A stretch of DNA of 64,000 nt from Fimbriosthenelais zetlandica (taxonomy: Eukaryota). Under the pieces are notes generated by a model. That model was not told the DNA's origin. It did not search any database and saw nothing but the letters and a program-made list of their open reading frames with translations. The stretch spans positions 17,980,001-18,044,000 of the forward strand of contig OZ365116.1 of NCBI GenBank assembly GCA_977030845.1. Direction: 5' to 3'. Shown here in pieces: positions 59,801-64,000 of this stretch; the first letter of the stretch is position 1, and each line of letters opens with the position of its first letter. The position numbers were made by a program, and so were the translations under genes.

Positions 59801-62800
59801 GCTCCACCTGGGAGATTGATTGTACGTCATTATTCTGCTAGACAATCTCGCCCAAGGCTTGTATATTATTTCTATTCATGGAACCCTGATCCCCCAGTCT
59901 TAGTGTATTGTATTTATTTAATTTATCATAGAAGTAATAACCCAGAGTTTGCCTAAGCAGGTCACCAGATCAGCATAAAAGTTACTTCTATACGACAGTA
60001 TACCTATATGATTGGGTCGTTTCCCTGTATAAAGATAGACCTGTGTATATATGGTTTGGTGACTGATTTGGGTGTTCTAATCCAATAGTTTGGCCCGCCC
60101 ACTCATCACTACACCTTAAAATAACTTCTTCAATAATTGAATAATTGAAGAAGTGATTGCTTCGTCCTGACCTATGTCTCTTCAACCATCTTGACCAATG
60201 TACATTTTATAGCCCATATATTCATTTGTTTTTACTGCGAATGCCATTTCAATGGTTGCAGTTCAAAGGATTTACGGAGGAAAGTCAGAAACATGGAATT
60301 CGCCATTTCATGCCATTAATATGTCTTCAATGGGTAGTGAGACTTATGTATAAAACTTGGTTCCAGATTAGAGCATAATGGCAATTGGAGGCAAAGAAAC
60401 ACTTCATCTACGTTGCAGCTCCAACCTTTCTTCGTGTGATCCATGCTTACAACAGGAAGGTAGGTCACAGCTATTTGTATGTACATATATAAGATATACG
60501 GACTGTCTTACTGACCGAGTCATTGATATATTTGTTGCTTATTAATTGTGATTAATTATATGTTCGGGTAGAGGAGGGAGTAGATGCAGGAGAGGGAGGG
60601 GACAATTAAGGAGGGTGGTGTAGGCTATTACAAGGTTCAGGTGGTGTTACTTGTCTGTTCCAAGCTACGATATAGGCTTTTTATAATAATGTAGTTGAAA
60701 GGACTATGCATGGCTTATGGGAACAATAACCATAGGAAGATACCTTTGAAACTCATAATAATTATCTACCTCACCCCATCTGGCTACAGGCCTCAATTTA
60801 ACTACCATGTATATGGGTCCTGACTTAGTAAAAACGTCATGCCAACAAGATCTGGGTCAGTAGGTAGAATTTGGAGCTTGTCAATGCCACCACAGTACTA
60901 TTCATGTCAGAGGAATTATTTCACTCATTAAGTCCAAGCAATGTTCACGTCTCACTAAGGCTTTTTATTTCTGCAATCTTTTAAATTCTCTTTGGCTCAA
61001 GTATGGCCTCTTTTGGTCTTTGGCGGCGGAAATGACGTTGTTTGACGTGTCCTGCCGGTACCAACGTCCTGCGACGTCAGGAGCAGTCTTCTTGTTCCTT
61101 CCTTTTCATGTCAACTTGTCCCGGCAACCCTGACAGCTGCCTCCATGTATGGAGGCCCTTTTTAGCTTTAATTTTATAAGGATTGTTCCCTAACAGCCCC
61201 TCTTTTAGTTTTCTCCCGCCAGGTGTCAGATTGCAATGGGTTCAATCAAGCCTCTCCTTGAACGGGGGATAATGATTTGGTTCATAAAATTCGCTATTGA
61301 GTTCCTAATTGGGGCAGGTCTTTTCTAACCGAGTTCAGTTACGGTACCTCATCAATATAGGCCAAAACTATAGGCTACAACTATTGATATACGGCATAGG
61401 TGCCGCTTTATTTTAAGCTAGACATCAGTTGTATGCCTATAAGTGGGTTGCCCCAATTCAACGTGAGCACGGTCTTAGAATGTAGAAGATGGCTGGCTGG
61501 CTCATACTTTAACCTGAGCAGATGAGCAAAGGTTGACTTATGTCCCCATTAATGGGCCCCTCATCAGGTTTATTGCTTGGCTCGTTCCAGGCTGGAGATG
61601 CCAGACAGGGAAGGCCAGGCAAGGCCTGTGAACCTGTTTTCAGAGATTTTTTTCAGTATTTCTTTGTTGTTGAGCAAGAATCCTCAACGCTGCTTTGTAG
61701 GCCTATATTAATTCCCCATCAGTGAAAGGAGGCAAAAAATGCATCTGTCTCCCGAGGCAATGTTTCCTGTTCCCTGGTCCCGGGGTTGTGTTTCGGCGGC
61801 CATATTGTTGGAAATATTTGTTAGTCCACTTAAAGCCGTGAAGATACACGGTTGTGTTAATCCTATTGACACCAGTAATGTTCTATTTAAGTTATCATGA
61901 TGGACTATTTTTACATATAAAATGTTGTGGGGACCTCTTTAGAAGGTGGGGTTTTGGATGTGTGTAGATGGTGGTGACCTGATGCCCACCAATCTTCCCC
62001 TTCCCCAGCAACTTACTGTTAAAGAAGACACGTCATCGTAGGTCGTGTATGGGTTATCTAAAACATGCCCACAGATCTGCAGCCAGGGTGGCGAGTGATA
62101 GATGTTCTAATGCATGGTTCCTGTCAGGCAGCCTCCTTATGGCACTAGATGTAGCTGAATATTGAGTACCTTAAAGGTGCAATAAGCTACAGTTTTATTG
62201 TCAGCACATGACGAGGATAACAAAAAGGCACAGAGCCAGGAACACTTACTTAAAGCCTAGTATTTAGCTCGTTTATTTCAAATATTTCTGAGTTTCAAAT
62301 CCTACTTATGGAACTGAAAGGTTTATTAACATGATTCATATTGCCCATCAGGCAATCCACAAGTATGTACTGACTTACAACCTGACGTAGGCCTTGTAAA
62401 GGAAGCATATGAGAATTTTTGCCTGGGAAATATTTTCTCCTTGAGGGGTAACCTTTAAATGAGGATTAATCTGTGAGAGTTTGAATTTCAGCGAAATACA
62501 AAAAACTTTAATCATCTGCGGAAGCTTAAATGGGATATTTCCTTGGCAATTTCTTGGGCCACCCACAAAAAAGTCTCCGGGGATTGAATGGGCTGCCAAT
62601 GGGATTAGGTCGGTGTAGAATTACCAATATTTATTTTTGGGAATAATACAATTATCATTGAAATAATAGTGAAATGTCAAATGGTCCTGCCATGCAAATC
62701 ATGTTGCCTTGCTCCCAAATCTTTCTGTACCTTTATCATCTTGAATAGGACTGATGCTGTTCTCTGTCTTTACACTTTCCACCACCATCATACAAATCCA

Positions 62801-63667
62801 ATATGTATTTATAAATATTTAAGGGAGTAGAACATCATGTGGAAAGTATAATGCTCTCTTATGGGTCATTTATTATGACCCTATTTGCCCTATCAGCCAG
62901 GAAAATGGCTGTAAGGATGGTCAGTTTAGTACACAGTAAACGATGAGTCATCTCAGCATTTGGATGTAGGCGGAGTTCATTTTGTACATAGTTATGTACG
63001 GGGACCATTCATTTATTAGTGGGCTTTACTGGTAGGAGCTGTCGTTATCCAGTGCTGAGTAGTTTCCTCTTAACACTGCCATCAAATGTTTTCACGCACA
63101 AAAGGGAAGCCCTTCCACATCAAGAGGGAAACCTTATATTTGAAAGGGAGAAACCCTTCCCCAACCATGTCATCTTTTAGTCAGTCATGTCGTTTGGCTT
63201 GCGTGAACCATTTTGATGTTATCTGTCATTTTGTCTTGTTTAAATGACCAGCATACCATCAGTATAGATTATAAATATACATTCAAGAAGAACTGACTAA
63301 ATTCTCCTGCACCTATAGCTCACTGTGTTGGGCATGTTGATAAGTGACATTTGATAGCCCACACTTTTCTCTGAGGCTAATAACACCAGCCCCTCCCTAC
63401 TGCTCTCCTTCTCCTCTCATACACTGCCCACCCATCCCTTGTACACGCCTTCATCTCAATCTGACATTTTATACTTTTTTCCTCATCGCAGGTATTAAAT
63501 TTCTGTCCATGATATTGCCAATGTAACTGGAGCATCCGGGGAGTGGCGGTATTTTCCTTTCTGATGAGGTGGATGTTATTGGAGAGCCAAAATGGAGCAT
63601 GTATATGTAGCTATCTCTCATATCCGATGGGCTCTCTCAATAATGATGTCCATTTAAACCAAAAACA

Positions 63668-63721
63668 CTCCTCTACTCTCTCTCTCTCTATCTCTCTCCC
63701 TCTCTTTCTCTCTTTCTCTCT
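63668..63721. repeat. Imperfect (CT)n microsatellite
   Basis: ctcctctactctctctctctctatctctctccctctctttctctctttctctct. Confidence 0.9.
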
Positions 63722-64000
63722 ACGTCTTCATTGTATATCATTACCTATACGGTCATGGATCTAATTGCCCATACACATGACCAACACTAGCTCTGCCTGT
63801 GCTTGTAATTTTATACTTTAAGGTAGTACAGGTATAGATGAGTGTGGCCATTATGATATGAAATCATTTTTGTCAGCGATGAAATCTGAAATCCAAGACG
63901 CTATTTGGTTTTAAGGAAAATGTCAGATAGCTTGTTGCCTTGTGTACATGGCATTTGTCCCTCCTCTTCTGCCCCATCAACCATTACCGTGTCTTAGGAT

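Noticed and set aside
395-62460. Scattered TTAAAGG / CCTTTAA motifs suggestive of Kolobok/T2 MITE ends
   Set aside because: I could not pair any two into extended terminal inverted repeats. The heptamer is expected by chance in AT-rich DNA.
1-64000. Prokaryotic systems (operons, CRISPR arrays, defence islands, rRNA)
   Set aside because: The window is a spliceosomal-intron-containing animal gene with very low coding density. No equal-length repeat-spacer array or rRNA-like sequence was seen.

Overview
This window is eukaryotic (invertebrate animal) genomic DNA, not prokaryotic. It is dominated by one + strand intron-rich gene, an F-spondin (spondin-1/SPON1-like) orthologue whose start codon and first exon(s) lie upstream of the window. 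I traced 14 GT-AG exons (906..56865) that join in consistent phase into one open frame of about 746 codons, ending at TGA 56863-56865. The domain order is Reeler domain (partial), Spondin_N domain, acidic linker, TSR1, TSR2, Kunitz/BPTI domain, polybasic linker, TSR3, TSR4. The Kunitz insertion is the invertebrate (Drosophila fat-spondin type) architecture and is absent from vertebrate SPON1. A 34,088-bp intron (1010-35097) splits the Reeler domain and holds many CpG-rich, motif-dense patches but no long ORF. The intron after the TSR1-2 exon carries a well-preserved tRNA-Leu-derived SINE-like element and two decayed tRNA-derived sequences on the opposite strand. Nearly all other ORFs in the supplied track look spurious. 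I found no CRISPR array, rRNA, intact tRNA or intact transposase/RT gene, and no evidence for a novel multi-gene system. The most testable leads are isoform- and protein-level features of this F-spondin, the structured SINE, and cryptic exons in the giant intron. All analysis was by eye; no database search was run.
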